In this document: one piece after another, positions 1 to 9,377 of the stretch
How positions within the stretch are numbered: the stretch's first letter is position 1
Layout of the letters: the number at the start of each line of letters is the position of its first letter
DNA from: Solirubrobacteraceae bacterium
Lineage (GTDB): Bacteria; Actinomycetota; Thermoleophilia; Solirubrobacterales; Solirubrobacteraceae
Assembly: GCA_036496915.1 (NCBI GenBank)
Contig: DASXKH010000015.1
Coordinates: 902-64,901 of the forward strand
Length of the DNA stretch: 64,000 nucleotides
Reading direction: 5' to 3'
Program-made: the position numbers and the translations under genes
The notes under the pieces: model-generated
The model's database searches: none
What the model saw: only the letters and a program-made list of their open reading frames with translations
What the model was told of the DNA's origin: nothing

Positions 1-1026
1 TACGGATACGACCAGGCTGGGAGCCTGATCTCGGTCGAACGACCGAAAGAAGGCGAAGTGGCGAAGATCGAAGACTCCTACGCCTACAACGGCGAAGGGC
101 TACGCGTCTCCCAGACGATCTCGGGGACGACCACGTACATGGCATGGGATATGGCCGAAGGACTCCCGCTGCTGCTCACCGACAGGACAAACAGCTACAT
201 CTATGGGCCGGGTGGCATACCGATCGAGCAAATCAACAACAGCACCGGCACCACCCTCTACCTGCACCATGACCAACAGGGGTCCACGCGTCTACTGACG
301 GGCTCAACTGGAGCCAAAGAAGCGTCGATGACATACGATGCCTATGGCAACACCACCGGCGCCACTGGCGCTGCCACGACCTCGCTCGGCTACGACGCCC
401 AATACACCAGTTCTGACACAGGCCTGATCTACATGCGAGCACGCACCTACGACCCGGCTACAGCGCAGTTCCTGACCGTCGATCCGATGGTGGGCAACAC
501 GCGGGCGCCCTACTACTACGCGGGCGACAATCCCGAGAACTACATGGACCGCACTGGCCTATGCAGCATCGTCCCCGGGTCGGCAGAAAACTGCTTTTCT
601 GAAACACCAGGCGCGATCATCTCCGGGGTGGAATCCGTTGCGGAACATCCAGTCGAGGTCGGAGGTATTGGCCTCGGAGTAGTCTCACTGGGTACAGGCG
701 CCGCAGCGGTGGCTGGGGTCAGCGGGGCGGAGGTCCTGGGTGGTAGCGTCGGACTAGGAGGCATTTCAGCACTCACGGGAGCCGGCGGGGCTGCACTTGA
801 CGGATCAGCGTGTTTCAATGGAAATAGCGTAGCGTGTGGGGGCCTGGGTCTAAACGGAGCCGGCTCGGCACTAGGACTCGGAGCTACGCTCCTTGATGCG
901 GGTGTCATCGAGGGCTCTGACGCTCTCAAGGAAACGCTCGGATATAGTGGTCTTGGCTCGGCAGTGCTTGGGTTCGGGGCAGATATCTACGGATTCATCC
1001 ACGGATTGAGCTGCGGACAGCCTTGA
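1..1026 (+). CDS. RHS repeat-associated core protein, 3' part (starts left of window), with Gly-rich hydrophobic C-terminal putative toxin domain
   Basis: Frame open from base 1 (YGYDQAGSL...). YD-type repeats and RHS core signature GLIYMRARTYDPATAQFLTVDP...YYYAGDNPENYMDRTGL, followed by a divergent Gly/Ala/Leu-rich tail. Confidence 0.92.
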   Translation, partial: YGYDQAGSLISVERPKEGEVAKIEDSYAYNGEGLRVSQTISGTTTYMAWDMAEGLPLLLTDRTNSYIYGPGGIPIEQINNSTGTTLYLHHDQQGSTRLLTGSTGAKEASMTYDAYGNTTGATGAATTSLGYDAQYTSSDTGLIYMRARTYDPATAQFLTVDPMVGNTRAPYYYAGDNPENYMDRTGLCSIVPGSAENCFSETPGAIISGVESVAEHPVEVGGIGLGVVSLGTGAAAVAGVSGAEVLGGSVGLGGISALTGAGGAALDGSACFNGNSVACGGLGLNGAGSALGLGATLLDAGVIEGSDALKETLGYSGLGSAVLGFGADIYGFIHGLSCGQP

Positions 1027-1400
1027 GTTGGCTGCTTCCTACTCCGAAGTTGGAGCCGGGCGAGCGCATGCTTTGGTGCCGAAGCGGTGGCTTTTCTCGG
1101 TCAAGGGGATGGGTCGGAGGAACGCTCTGCGTCACGTCGTCCCGAGTAATGTTCGTTCCAGCGCGGCTAGCGGCTATTTCGTTTGCTCCGCTGAAGTTGC
1201 AGCAGCTCCCGCTTGATGATCTCCAATCCGTCACGGTGCAAGACCGGGACTTCACGCCGTATACAGGAGGGATGCGGAAGCGACTATGCCTCACGTTCCG
1301 AAACGGAGATACTATGCTCGTTGCTGTGAAGGACTTGGATAGGGCTGTAAATGAATTGCAGGACGTCATCAAAAGGTCTGTGATAGCAAGTCACGAGTAA
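1023..1400 (+). CDS. Putative immunity protein, PH/GRAM-like fold
   Basis: TTGA overlap with the RHS stop. GGTLCVTSSRVMF resembles the GRAM/bacterial PH motif GxLxLTxxRLxF. AT-richer codon use. Confidence 0.6.
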   Translation: MSWLLPTPKLEPGERMLWCRSGGFSRSRGWVGGTLCVTSSRVMFVPARLAAISFAPLKLQQLPLDDLQSVTVQDRDFTPYTGGMRKRLCLTFRNGDTMLVAVKDLDRAVNELQDVIKRSVIASHE

Positions 1401-1408
1401 CCCGCGGT

Positions 1409-2776
1409 TCAGGGCGTGGTGTCGTCCTCGACGAACCGAGCCAGGCTTTCCTCGCCCGACTTGATCCCCACGTGCATCCCGACGACGCGAGCCGCGACCT
1501 GCTGCATCGTGATCGTCCGCTCGTTACGAGCGCTGCCGACGAACGCGGTCAGCCACTTGAGCAGCACGATCCAGCGGTTCTTGAAGCCCGTGAGGAACGT
1601 GAGGTGGACGAACGCCCACATCAGCCAGCCGACGAACCCGCCGATCTTCAGGCCCTTGAAGCTCACGATCGCGCGAAAGCGCGAGATCGTCGCCATGCTG
1701 CCGAGGTCGCGATACACAAACGGCCTGGCCGCGGCGGCGTCGCCCTGCACGCGTCGTTTGATCGTGCGAGCCGCATGGATGCCCGACTGCATCGCGACCT
1801 CCGCGACCCCCGGGAGCCCGTTCAGGGACATCATGTCGCCGACGACGAACACCTCCGGATGCCCGGGCAAGGTGCAGTCGGGGAGCACCCGCACGTGTCC
1901 GGCGCGGTCGGTCCCGGCGCCGGTGGCCTTGACCAGCATCTCACCCAGCGGTGAGGCCTGAACGCCCGCCGACCACACCTTCGTGTGGCACGCGATGCGT
2001 TCCTCGCCGTCGGGGCCCTGGACGACGATCGCGTCCGGTTTCACGTCGGTCACGATGCTGCGCATCCGCAGCTGGACGCCCGTGCGCTCGATCTGGCTCG
2101 TGGCCTTCGCCGAGAGCGCCTCGCCGAACGTGGCCAGGGGGGCCTCGCCGCCGTCGAACAGGAGCACCTGTGCGCCGGCCGGATCGATCCTGCGGAAGTT
2201 CCCCTTCAGCGAGCGCCGCGACAGCTCGGCGATCTGTCCGGCCATCTCCACGCCCGTGGGCCCGGCGCCGATCACCGCGAACGTCAGCCACGCCCGCCGG
2301 GCCTCGGGGTCCTCCTCGATCTCGGCCATCTCGAACGCGCCGAAGATGCGCCCGCGCAGCTCCAGGGCGTCGTCCACGGTCTTCATCCCCGGCGCGAAGC
2401 GCGCGAACTCGTCGTGCCCGAAGTAGGAGCCCGTGGCGCCGGCGGCCACGATCAGGGAGTCGTACGGAACCGTGATGGCCGTCCCCAGGGGCCTGGCGGC
2501 GGTGACGGTCCGGGCTTGCAGATCGAATCCCGTGACCTCCGCGAGCTCGACACACACGTTGCGGTGCTTGCGCAGCACCTCGCGCAGCGGCGGCGCGACC
2601 GCGCCCTCGGACAGGATGCCCGTCGCCAGCTGGTAGAGCAGCGGCTGGAAGGTGTGGTGGTTGGTGCGGTCGATCAGCGTCACCCGCACCGGCGCACGAC
2701 GCAGGAACTTCGCCGCGAACAGGCCGCCGAAGCCGCCGCCCACGATCACCACGCGGTGGGCGGACGCGCCGTTCAT
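1409..2776 (-). CDS. ndh: Type II NADH dehydrogenase
   Basis: VVIVGGGFGG FAD motif, FQPLLYQLATG, VIGAGPTGVEMAG, YRDLGSMATI. The ATG at 2776 overlaps the cydB stop (ATGA). Confidence 0.93.
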   Translation of the reverse strand: MNGASAHRVVIVGGGFGGLFAAKFLRRAPVRVTLIDRTNHHTFQPLLYQLATGILSEGAVAPPLREVLRKHRNVCVELAEVTGFDLQARTVTAARPLGTAITVPYDSLIVAAGATGSYFGHDEFARFAPGMKTVDDALELRGRIFGAFEMAEIEEDPEARRAWLTFAVIGAGPTGVEMAGQIAELSRRSLKGNFRRIDPAGAQVLLFDGGEAPLATFGEALSAKATSQIERTGVQLRMRSIVTDVKPDAIVVQGPDGEERIACHTKVWSAGVQASPLGEMLVKATGAGTDRAGHVRVLPDCTLPGHPEVFVVGDMMSLNGLPGVAEVAMQSGIHAARTIKRRVQGDAAAARPFVYRDLGSMATISRFRAIVSFKGLKIGGFVGWLMWAFVHLTFLTGFKNRWIVLLKWLTAFVGSARNERTITMQQVAARVVGMHVGIKSGEESLARFVEDDTTP

Positions 2777-3843
2777 CCGCCCGGCTGTGTCCGCGGTGCC
2801 GCCGGTGCGCTCGTGCCCGCCGGTGGTGGCGCATGCGACCGCTCGGGCCGTTGTGCCTGTGGAGCCTTCAGGCGGCCACGAAAGACGTGGAACGACCAGC
2901 CCTGGTAGATCAGCACGAGCGGGAAGAAGATCACCGCCACCACGGTCATGACCGTCAACGCGTAGTGGCCGGAGGCGACGTTGTTGACGGTCAGGTTGTA
3001 GGCGGCGCTGGTGCTCGAAACCATCACGTTCGGATACAGATCGATGAAGATCGAGCCGACGGTCGCTGCGATCGCGACAGCGGAGGAGGCGAAGGCCAGA
3101 CCGTCGTGATCGCTCATCGCCATGCGCGCGGCGAACATCGTGGCGATCACAGCGAGAATTTCCACGGGCTGGGGCACGTCGGGTCCTCCGGCGACGCTGC
3201 GCGTCCAGATCACCCAGCCCACCACGAACGCGATCGTCGCCCATCCCAACGGCCGTGCGATGGCGCGGGCGCGCTCGCGCACGCGATCGGTGGTCCTGAG
3301 CTTCAGAAAGGTCGCTCCGTGCAGCAGACACAGTCCGAGCAGCGTCACGCCGGTCCACAGGCCGTAGGGGGTGAGCAGGTCGAAGAAGTTGCCGGTGTAC
3401 TCATGGCTTGAGTCGATCGGCAGGCCGTTCAGCAGATCCCCCAGCCCGACGCCGAGCAGCAGCGGGATCAGCAGACAGCCGATCGTCATCGCCCACCGCC
3501 AGGTTCCTCGCCAGCGCGGATCCTCGCTCTTGTCTTTGAACTCGAAGGCCACCCCGCGCGCCATCAGCGACGCGAGCACGAGCAGCAGCGCCAGATACAG
3601 GGCCGAGAACATCGTCGCGTACCAGCCGGGGAACGCCGCGAACATCCCTGCGCCGGCCACCACCAGCCACACCTCGTTGCCGTCCCACCACGGGCCGATC
3701 GTGCCCAGCGCGAGCTTGCGCTCGTCCTCGTCACGACCCACGAGCACGTGCAGCGCGCCGACGCCGAAGTCAAAGCCCTCGAGCACGAAGAACCCGACCC
3801 AGAAGATGGTGATGATCACGAACCAGATCGTGTGCAGTTGCAC
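2773..3843 (-). CDS. cydB: Cytochrome bd ubiquinol oxidase subunit II
   Basis: FFVLEGFDFGVG, IGPWWDGNEVWLV, AAFPGWYATMFS. GTG start after an AGGAG RBS. Confidence 0.95.
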   Translation of the reverse strand: MQLHTIWFVIITIFWVGFFVLEGFDFGVGALHVLVGRDEDERKLALGTIGPWWDGNEVWLVVAGAGMFAAFPGWYATMFSALYLALLLVLASLMARGVAFEFKDKSEDPRWRGTWRWAMTIGCLLIPLLLGVGLGDLLNGLPIDSSHEYTGNFFDLLTPYGLWTGVTLLGLCLLHGATFLKLRTTDRVRERARAIARPLGWATIAFVVGWVIWTRSVAGGPDVPQPVEILAVIATMFAARMAMSDHDGLAFASSAVAIAATVGSIFIDLYPNVMVSSTSAAYNLTVNNVASGHYALTVMTVVAVIFFPLVLIYQGWSFHVFRGRLKAPQAQRPERSHAPPPAGTSAPAAPRTQPGG

Positions 3844-3932
3844 AATGCGTCTCCTAGCGCCCAAGTCCCCCGGCTCTGGGCCGCGGCGGATGGAGATGGG
3901 GGTGGTGTCGGAGGCGATACATCGGACGCCCG

Positions 3933-5333
3933 CTAATAGCTCATGGCCGGGGTCGTGGGCGGCGTGGCCGAGCTCGCCCCGTCGGGCCCGTCCTCGTCGG
4001 GGTCCAGGCCTTTGCGTGCGTAGCGGAGCATCAAGATCAGGTCGGCTGCTCCCAACCCGATGTAGATCAGCACGAAGGCGATCAGGCTGATCCAGATATC
4101 GGTGGCGGTGACCGAGGGCGAGTTGGCGTTGACGGTCTTCATCAAGCCCTGCACGATCCAGGGCTGGCGCCCGCTCTCGGTCAGCAGCCAGCCGGCGGTG
4201 TTCATCACGAATGGCGTCACCACCGCCCCCAGTCCCGCGCGCAGAAACCACTTCGAGCGCGCGAGCGTGCCCCGGTGCACGAGCCACGCGCCCCACAGCG
4301 CCAGCAGCGCGATCAGCGACCCCAGGTAGGCCATCACGCGCATCGACCAGTATTGGATGAACACGTCGGGGATGTAATTACCGGGCCCATACTTGGCTTC
4401 GCCTTCGCGCTGCAGCTGGTTCAGCCCGACGACCGCGCCGTTCCAGGTTCCGGTCGCGAGCACCGACAGCAGATGCGGGATCGCGATCAGCTGCGTCGGG
4501 GTCTTGTCATTTTTACCGCCGCCGATCTGAAACACCGAGAACGAGCACGGCCGGCAGTTTTCCCACTGCGCCTCGGACGCGGCGATCTTGGCCGGCTGGT
4601 ATTTGGCCTCGATTTCACCGAGCTTGTTGCCGATGAACATCTGCAGCAAAATCGCCGGCAGCAGCACCAGCACCGACAGCCGCGCCGTGGGATAGAAGGC
4701 CTGCACTTCGCGCTGCCCCAGCAGATACCAGGCCGAGATCGCGAGCATCACCAGCGCGCCCGTCACCAGCGAGGCGAGGATCACGTGCACGTATCCCCAC
4801 AGGAACGTCGGATTTGTGAACAGCGCCCAGACGTTGTTCAGCACCGGCTGCCCGTGGCCGTTCAGCACATAGCCGACCGGGTGCTGCATCCACGAGTTGG
4901 CCGCCAAGATGAACAGCGCTGAGAGCATCGCGCCGCCCGCCACCAGCCAGATGCAGGCCAGATGCACGCGCTTGGGCAGCCGATCCCAGCCGAAGATCCA
5001 CAGCCCCAGGAAGGTGGACTCCAAGAAGAACGCCGCCAGGCCCTCCATCGCCAGCGGGCCGCCGAAGACGTCGCCGACGAAGCGCGAATAGGCCGACCAG
5101 TTCATCCCGAACTCGAACTCCTGCACCAGCCCGGTGACGACCCCGATCGCGACGTTGATCGTCAGCAGCACGCCGAAGAAGCGCACGATGCGCCTGTACT
5201 CGGGCCGCTGATTGCGATGCCAGCTCGTCTGCAGCAGCGCGACGAGGAAGGCCAGCCCGATCGTCACCGGCACGAACAGGAAGTGGTAGATGCTCGTCGT
5301 TGCGAACTGCCAGCGCGCAAGATCGTTGGTCAT
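3933..5333 (-). CDS. cydA: Cytochrome bd ubiquinol oxidase subunit I (short Q-loop type)
   Basis: ARWQFATTSIYHFLFVP, GLVQEFEFG, FFLESTFLG, NSWMQHPVG, GRQPWIV. Confidence 0.96.
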   Translation of the reverse strand: MTNDLARWQFATTSIYHFLFVPVTIGLAFLVALLQTSWHRNQRPEYRRIVRFFGVLLTINVAIGVVTGLVQEFEFGMNWSAYSRFVGDVFGGPLAMEGLAAFFLESTFLGLWIFGWDRLPKRVHLACIWLVAGGAMLSALFILAANSWMQHPVGYVLNGHGQPVLNNVWALFTNPTFLWGYVHVILASLVTGALVMLAISAWYLLGQREVQAFYPTARLSVLVLLPAILLQMFIGNKLGEIEAKYQPAKIAASEAQWENCRPCSFSVFQIGGGKNDKTPTQLIAIPHLLSVLATGTWNGAVVGLNQLQREGEAKYGPGNYIPDVFIQYWSMRVMAYLGSLIALLALWGAWLVHRGTLARSKWFLRAGLGAVVTPFVMNTAGWLLTESGRQPWIVQGLMKTVNANSPSVTATDIWISLIAFVLIYIGLGAADLILMLRYARKGLDPDEDGPDGASSATPPTTPAMSY

Positions 5334-5378
5334 CCAACGAGCAGTCTACGCCTGACCCTCGGACGTTTCTTTGCAGTT

Positions 5379-5472
5379 CCGAGGGCGCATGCGCCCTCGG
5401 CCGGACGGTGCATGCACCGTCCGGGGAAACCGCGCATGCGCGGTTTCCGGGAGGGTCGCATGCGACCCTCCC
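5379..5472. repeat. Four abutting perfect palindromes (22, 24, 24, 24 bp), each centred on GCATGC
   Basis: CCGAGGGCGCATGCGCCCTCGG (5379-5400), CCGGACGGTGCATGCACCGTCCGG (5401-5424), GGAAACCGCGCATGCGCGGTTTCC (5425-5448), GGGAGGGTCGCATGCGACCCTCCC (5449-5472). Confidence 0.95.
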
Positions 5473-5479
5473 CATCCGG

Positions 5480-6535
5480 TCAGCTTTCGTGCTCGGCCGG
5501 CTGCTTGGGCTTCTCGTCGTGCCCGCCGAACCCCTTGCGCATCGCCGACTGCACTTTGCCCGCGTACTCGTCCAGCCCGCGCGAGCCAAAGCGCGAGTAC
5601 AGCGCCGCCGTGAGCACGGGCGCGGGCACGCCCTCCTCGATCGCCGCGATCGACGTCCAGCGGCCCTCGCCCGAGTCCGACACGCGGCCGGCGAACTCCT
5701 GGAGCTTGGGGGACCTGAACAGCTCCTGCGCCGTCAGGTCCAGCAGCCACGAGCCGACCACGCTGCCCCGTCGCCACACCTCGGCGACCTCGGTCGTGTC
5801 GATCTCGTACTTGTAGAACTGCGGGTTCTCCAAAGGGCTCGTCTCGGCGTCCTGCTCCTGTGAGCGCAGGCCCGCGTCGGCGGAATGGATGATCGACAGG
5901 CCCTCGGCGTAGGCGGCCATCAGCCCGTACTCGATGCCGTTGTGCACCATCTTCACGAAGTGCCCCGCGCCGTTGGGGCCACAGTGCAACCAGCCCTGCT
6001 CGGACGGGCTCGGCTCGCCGCTGCGCCCGGGCGTGCGTGGGGCGGAGTCCACCCCGGGCGCGATCGTGGCGAACAGCGGGCTCAGGCGCTGCACGACCTC
6101 GCTCTCGCCGCCGATCATCAGGCAGTAGCCGCGCTCCAGCCCCCACACGCCGCCGCTCGTGCCGCAGTCGACGTGATGGATGCCCTTGCCCTTCAGTTCC
6201 TTGGCATGGCGGATGTCGTCGTGGTAATGCGTGTTGCCGCCGTCGATGATCGTGTCGCCCGGCTCCAGCGCCTGCGCCAGCTCGGCGATCGTCTTGTCGG
6301 TGATCTCGCCGGCCGGGACCATCACCCAGGCCGTGCGCGGCTTCTCCAGCTTGGCCACGAGCTCCGCGATCGTGCCCGCGCCCTGCGCGCCGTCGGCCGC
6401 GAGCGCCGCCACCGCGTCGGCGCTGACGTCATAGCCGACGCAGCGGTGCCCGTCGCGCAGCAGTCGCCGCACGATGTTGGCGCCCATGCGCCCCAGTCCG
6501 ACCATCCCCAATTGCATAGATGTGTCAGTCGCCAT
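5480..6535 (-). CDS. gnd: 6-phosphogluconate dehydrogenase, decarboxylating (short type)
   Basis: GMVGLGRMG, IIDGGN, VDCGTSGGVWG, GHFVKMVHNGIEYG, DSGEGRW, SAMRKGFGGH. Confidence 0.95.
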   Translation of the reverse strand: MATDTSMQLGMVGLGRMGANIVRRLLRDGHRCVGYDVSADAVAALAADGAQGAGTIAELVAKLEKPRTAWVMVPAGEITDKTIAELAQALEPGDTIIDGGNTHYHDDIRHAKELKGKGIHHVDCGTSGGVWGLERGYCLMIGGESEVVQRLSPLFATIAPGVDSAPRTPGRSGEPSPSEQGWLHCGPNGAGHFVKMVHNGIEYGLMAAYAEGLSIIHSADAGLRSQEQDAETSPLENPQFYKYEIDTTEVAEVWRRGSVVGSWLLDLTAQELFRSPKLQEFAGRVSDSGEGRWTSIAAIEEGVPAPVLTAALYSRFGSRGLDEYAGKVQSAMRKGFGGHDEKPKQPAEHES

Positions 6536-6656
6536 CGTCGGGCTCCTTCGCTAGTCGGTTTGCCAAGCCGGCGCCCAGGGGCCGGTGTCTCGATCTCGTG
6601 CTTCTCGCCGGGCCGGCCTCGGAGCGGGGCCGCGGGCCGGTACCGTGCTCTCTGCA

Positions 6657-7511
6657 GTGTCGCTCAATTCGCCCTCGTCCAGCGCCTCGCCCGCGATCGG
6701 GCTGCTGCTCGCCGACGTCGACGGCACGCTTGTCACGCAGGAGAAGGTCCTCACCGAGGCGGCGATCGCGGCCGTGGGCGAGCTGCACGAGGCCGGCATC
6801 CTGTTCGCGCTCACCAGCGGGCGCCCACCGCGGGGGATGTCGATGCTGATCGAGCCCCTCGACGTGCGCACTCCGATCGCCGCCTTCAACGGCGGTCTGC
6901 TCGTGGACCGCGACATGACGGTGATCGAGCAGCGCACGATCCCACCCGAGCTCGTCCCCCTGGCGATCGATTTGCTCAGGGCCCACGACCTGGACGTGTG
7001 GCTCTATCAGGGCGCCGACTGGTTCGTGCAGGACGTGGCCGGTCCGCACGTGGATCGCGAGGCCGCGACCGTGCGGTTCGCGCCGACGTTGCGCGCCGAC
7101 TACGACGGCCTCGTCGAGAGCATCGCCAAGATCGTCGGCGTCGGCGACGACCACGACGCGGTCGCCCGCGCCGCGACAGACGCCCAGGAGCGCTTCGGCG
7201 ATCGTGTGTCCGCGGCGCGCTCACAGCCCTACTACGTCGATGTGACGCATCCCCAGGCGAACAAGGGCAGCGTCGTCGAATACCTGGCGCGCCGGTACGA
7301 CATCCCCGGCGAGCGGATCGCCACGATCGGGGACATGCCCAACGACGTGCTCATGTTCGCCCGCTCGGGCCTGTCGATCGCAATGGGCAACTCCGACCGC
7401 GAGGTCCAGCGCGCCGCGCGACGCGTGACCGCCGGCAACGATCACGACGGCTTCGCCCAGGCCGTCCGGCGCTTCGTGCTCCCGCGGGCCCCTCAGCGCA
7501 GCGAGCGGTAA
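6657..7511 (+). CDS. Cof-type HAD-IIB hydrolase
   Basis: [32 protein letters not shown]. Start position uncertain. Confidence 0.9.
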   Translation: MSLNSPSSSASPAIGLLLADVDGTLVTQEKVLTEAAIAAVGELHEAGILFALTSGRPPRGMSMLIEPLDVRTPIAAFNGGLLVDRDMTVIEQRTIPPELVPLAIDLLRAHDLDVWLYQGADWFVQDVAGPHVDREAATVRFAPTLRADYDGLVESIAKIVGVGDDHDAVARAATDAQERFGDRVSAARSQPYYVDVTHPQANKGSVVEYLARRYDIPGERIATIGDMPNDVLMFARSGLSIAMGNSDREVQRAARRVTAGNDHDGFAQAVRRFVLPRAPQRSER

Positions 7512-9112
7512 CGCCGGATCAGGGCGTTGGTCGAGCTGTCGTGCGCAAGCTCGGGCTCGGCCGCGCTCGTCAGCTCGGGGATTATCTCCTGCGCGAGCTT
7601 CTTCCCCAACTCGACTCCCCATTGGTCGAAAGAGTCGATCCCCCAGACGGTCCCCTGCGTGAACACGCTGTGCTCGTACAGCGCCACCAGCGTCCCCAGC
7701 GCGTAGGGCGTCAGCTTCTCCGCCAGGATCACGTTCGTTGGGCGGTTGCCCTCCATCACCTTGTGCGGGACCACCGCCTCCTCGATGCCTTCCGCGCGGA
7801 TCTCCCGCGCGGTCTTGCCGAACGCGAGCGCCTGTGCCTGTGCGAACACGTTCGACATCAGGATGTCGTGGTGCTCCCCCAGTGGGTTCAGCGTCTGGCC
7901 GAACCCGATCAGATCGACTGGGATCAGCTTCGTGCCCTGATGGATCAGCTGGTAGAAGCTGTGCTGGCCGTTCGTTCCCGGCTCGCCCCAGTAGATCGCG
8001 CCCGTCTGCGTAGCGACCTTCACGCCGTCGAGCGTCACGTGCTTGCCGTTCGACTCCATCGTCAGCTGCTGCAGGTAGGCCGGCAGCCGCTTCAGATATT
8101 GCTCGTAGGGCATCACCCCGCAGGTCTGCGCGCCGAAGAAGTCGCCGTACCACACCGACAGCAGCCCCATCAACGCCGGCAGGCTCTCGCGCGGAGGCGC
8201 CGTGCGGAAGTGCTCGTCGATCGCGTGCATCCCCGCCAGCATCTCCGCGAACCGCTCCTGGCCGACCGCCAGCATCGTCGACAGCCCGATCGCCGAGTCC
8301 ATCGAATACCGCCCCCCGACCCAATCCCAGAACCCGAACATGTTGTCCGTGTCGATCCCGAACTCGCTCACGCCCCGCGCGTTAGTGGAGACCGCGACGC
8401 AGTGCTTGGCGATCGCGGCCTCGTCGCCCAGAGCCCCGAGCAGCCACGCGCGCGCCGAGCGGGCGTTGGTCATCGTCTCCAGGGTCGTGAACGTCTTCGA
8501 GGAGACGATCACAAGCGTCTCGGCCGGGTCGAGGTCGCGTGTGGCCTCGACGAAGTCGGTCGCGTCGACGTTCGAGACGAACCTGAAGGTCAGCCCGCGG
8601 GCGGAGTAGTGCTTCAGCGCCTCATAAGCCATCACCGGACCGAGGTCCGACCCGCCGATGCCGATGTTCACGACGTTGCGGATCGGCCTGCCGGTGTGGC
8701 CCAGCCACTCTCCCGAACGGACCCTCTCGGCGAACGTCCCCATCCGCGCGAGCACCTCGTGCACCTGCTTGACCACGTCCACGCCGTCGACGATCAGCGA
8801 CGCGCCGTCCGGCATCCGCAGCGCCACGTGCAACACCGAACGGTCCTCCGAGACGTTGATGCGCTCGCCCGCGAACATCGCCGCGGTTCGCTCCCGCAGA
8901 CCCGACTGCCGCGCCAGCTCGGCGAGCAGATCAAGCGTCTCCTCGGTGATGCGGTTCTTGGAGTAGTCCAGATACAGCCCCGCCGCCTCGACGCTCATCC
9001 GCTCTCCCCGCCCGGGGTCGGCGGCGAACAGCTCGCGCAGGTGCGTGTCGCGGATCGCCCCGCAATGCGCCTCGAGCGCCGCCCACGCGGGACGCTCGCG
9101 CAGCGGTGGCAC
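7493..9112 (-). CDS. pgi: Glucose-6-phosphate isomerase
   Basis: [51 protein letters not shown]. Start approximate (GTG at 9112). Confidence 0.96.
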   Translation of the reverse strand: MPPLRERPAWAALEAHCGAIRDTHLRELFAADPGRGERMSVEAAGLYLDYSKNRITEETLDLLAELARQSGLRERTAAMFAGERINVSEDRSVLHVALRMPDGASLIVDGVDVVKQVHEVLARMGTFAERVRSGEWLGHTGRPIRNVVNIGIGGSDLGPVMAYEALKHYSARGLTFRFVSNVDATDFVEATRDLDPAETLVIVSSKTFTTLETMTNARSARAWLLGALGDEAAIAKHCVAVSTNARGVSEFGIDTDNMFGFWDWVGGRYSMDSAIGLSTMLAVGQERFAEMLAGMHAIDEHFRTAPPRESLPALMGLLSVWYGDFFGAQTCGVMPYEQYLKRLPAYLQQLTMESNGKHVTLDGVKVATQTGAIYWGEPGTNGQHSFYQLIHQGTKLIPVDLIGFGQTLNPLGEHHDILMSNVFAQAQALAFGKTAREIRAEGIEEAVVPHKVMEGNRPTNVILAEKLTPYALGTLVALYEHSVFTQGTVWGIDSFDQWGVELGKKLAQEIIPELTSAAEPELAHDSSTNALIRRYRSLR

Positions 9113-9131
9113 GGCTTCTACGACTACGGCG

Positions 9132-9338
9132 CTACTCCTCGACGGGAGCTTCGGCGCCGGAGTCGAGGACGTCCTGACCCCTGTAGGAGCCGCAGCTCGG
9201 GCACACGCGGTGAGGCAGCTTGGGCTGGTGGCACTGCGGGCACTCGTTCGACGCCGCAGGCACGATTTTGTGCTGTGCGCGGCGCTTATGAGTGCGCGAG
9301 TAGGACTGCTTCTGCTTGGGGGTCTGGCCGCCGGACAT
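9132..9338 (-). CDS. rpmF: 50S ribosomal protein L32, Zn-binding form
   Basis: [14 protein letters not shown]...[29 protein letters not shown] -10 box lies 7 nt before the ATG. Confidence 0.92.
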   Translation of the reverse strand: MSGGQTPKQKQSYSRTHKRRAQHKIVPAASNECPQCHQPKLPHRVCPSCGSYRGQDVLDSGAEAPVEE

Positions 9339-9377
9339 CGAGGGCACTCTATCAACGGGGCAGGTTAGTCTCATCCG
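9339..9377. promoter_or_regulatory. Back-to-back putative leaderless promoters for rpmF and the aminotransferase gene
   Basis: TAGAGT on the minus strand (9346-9351) and TAGTCT on the plus strand (9366-9371), each 6-7 nt from an ATG with no SD. Confidence 0.55.

Noticed and set aside
5379-5472. CRISPR interpretation of the palindrome array
   Set aside because: No conserved repeat alternating with spacers, and no cas genes; only the 6-8 bp core is shared.
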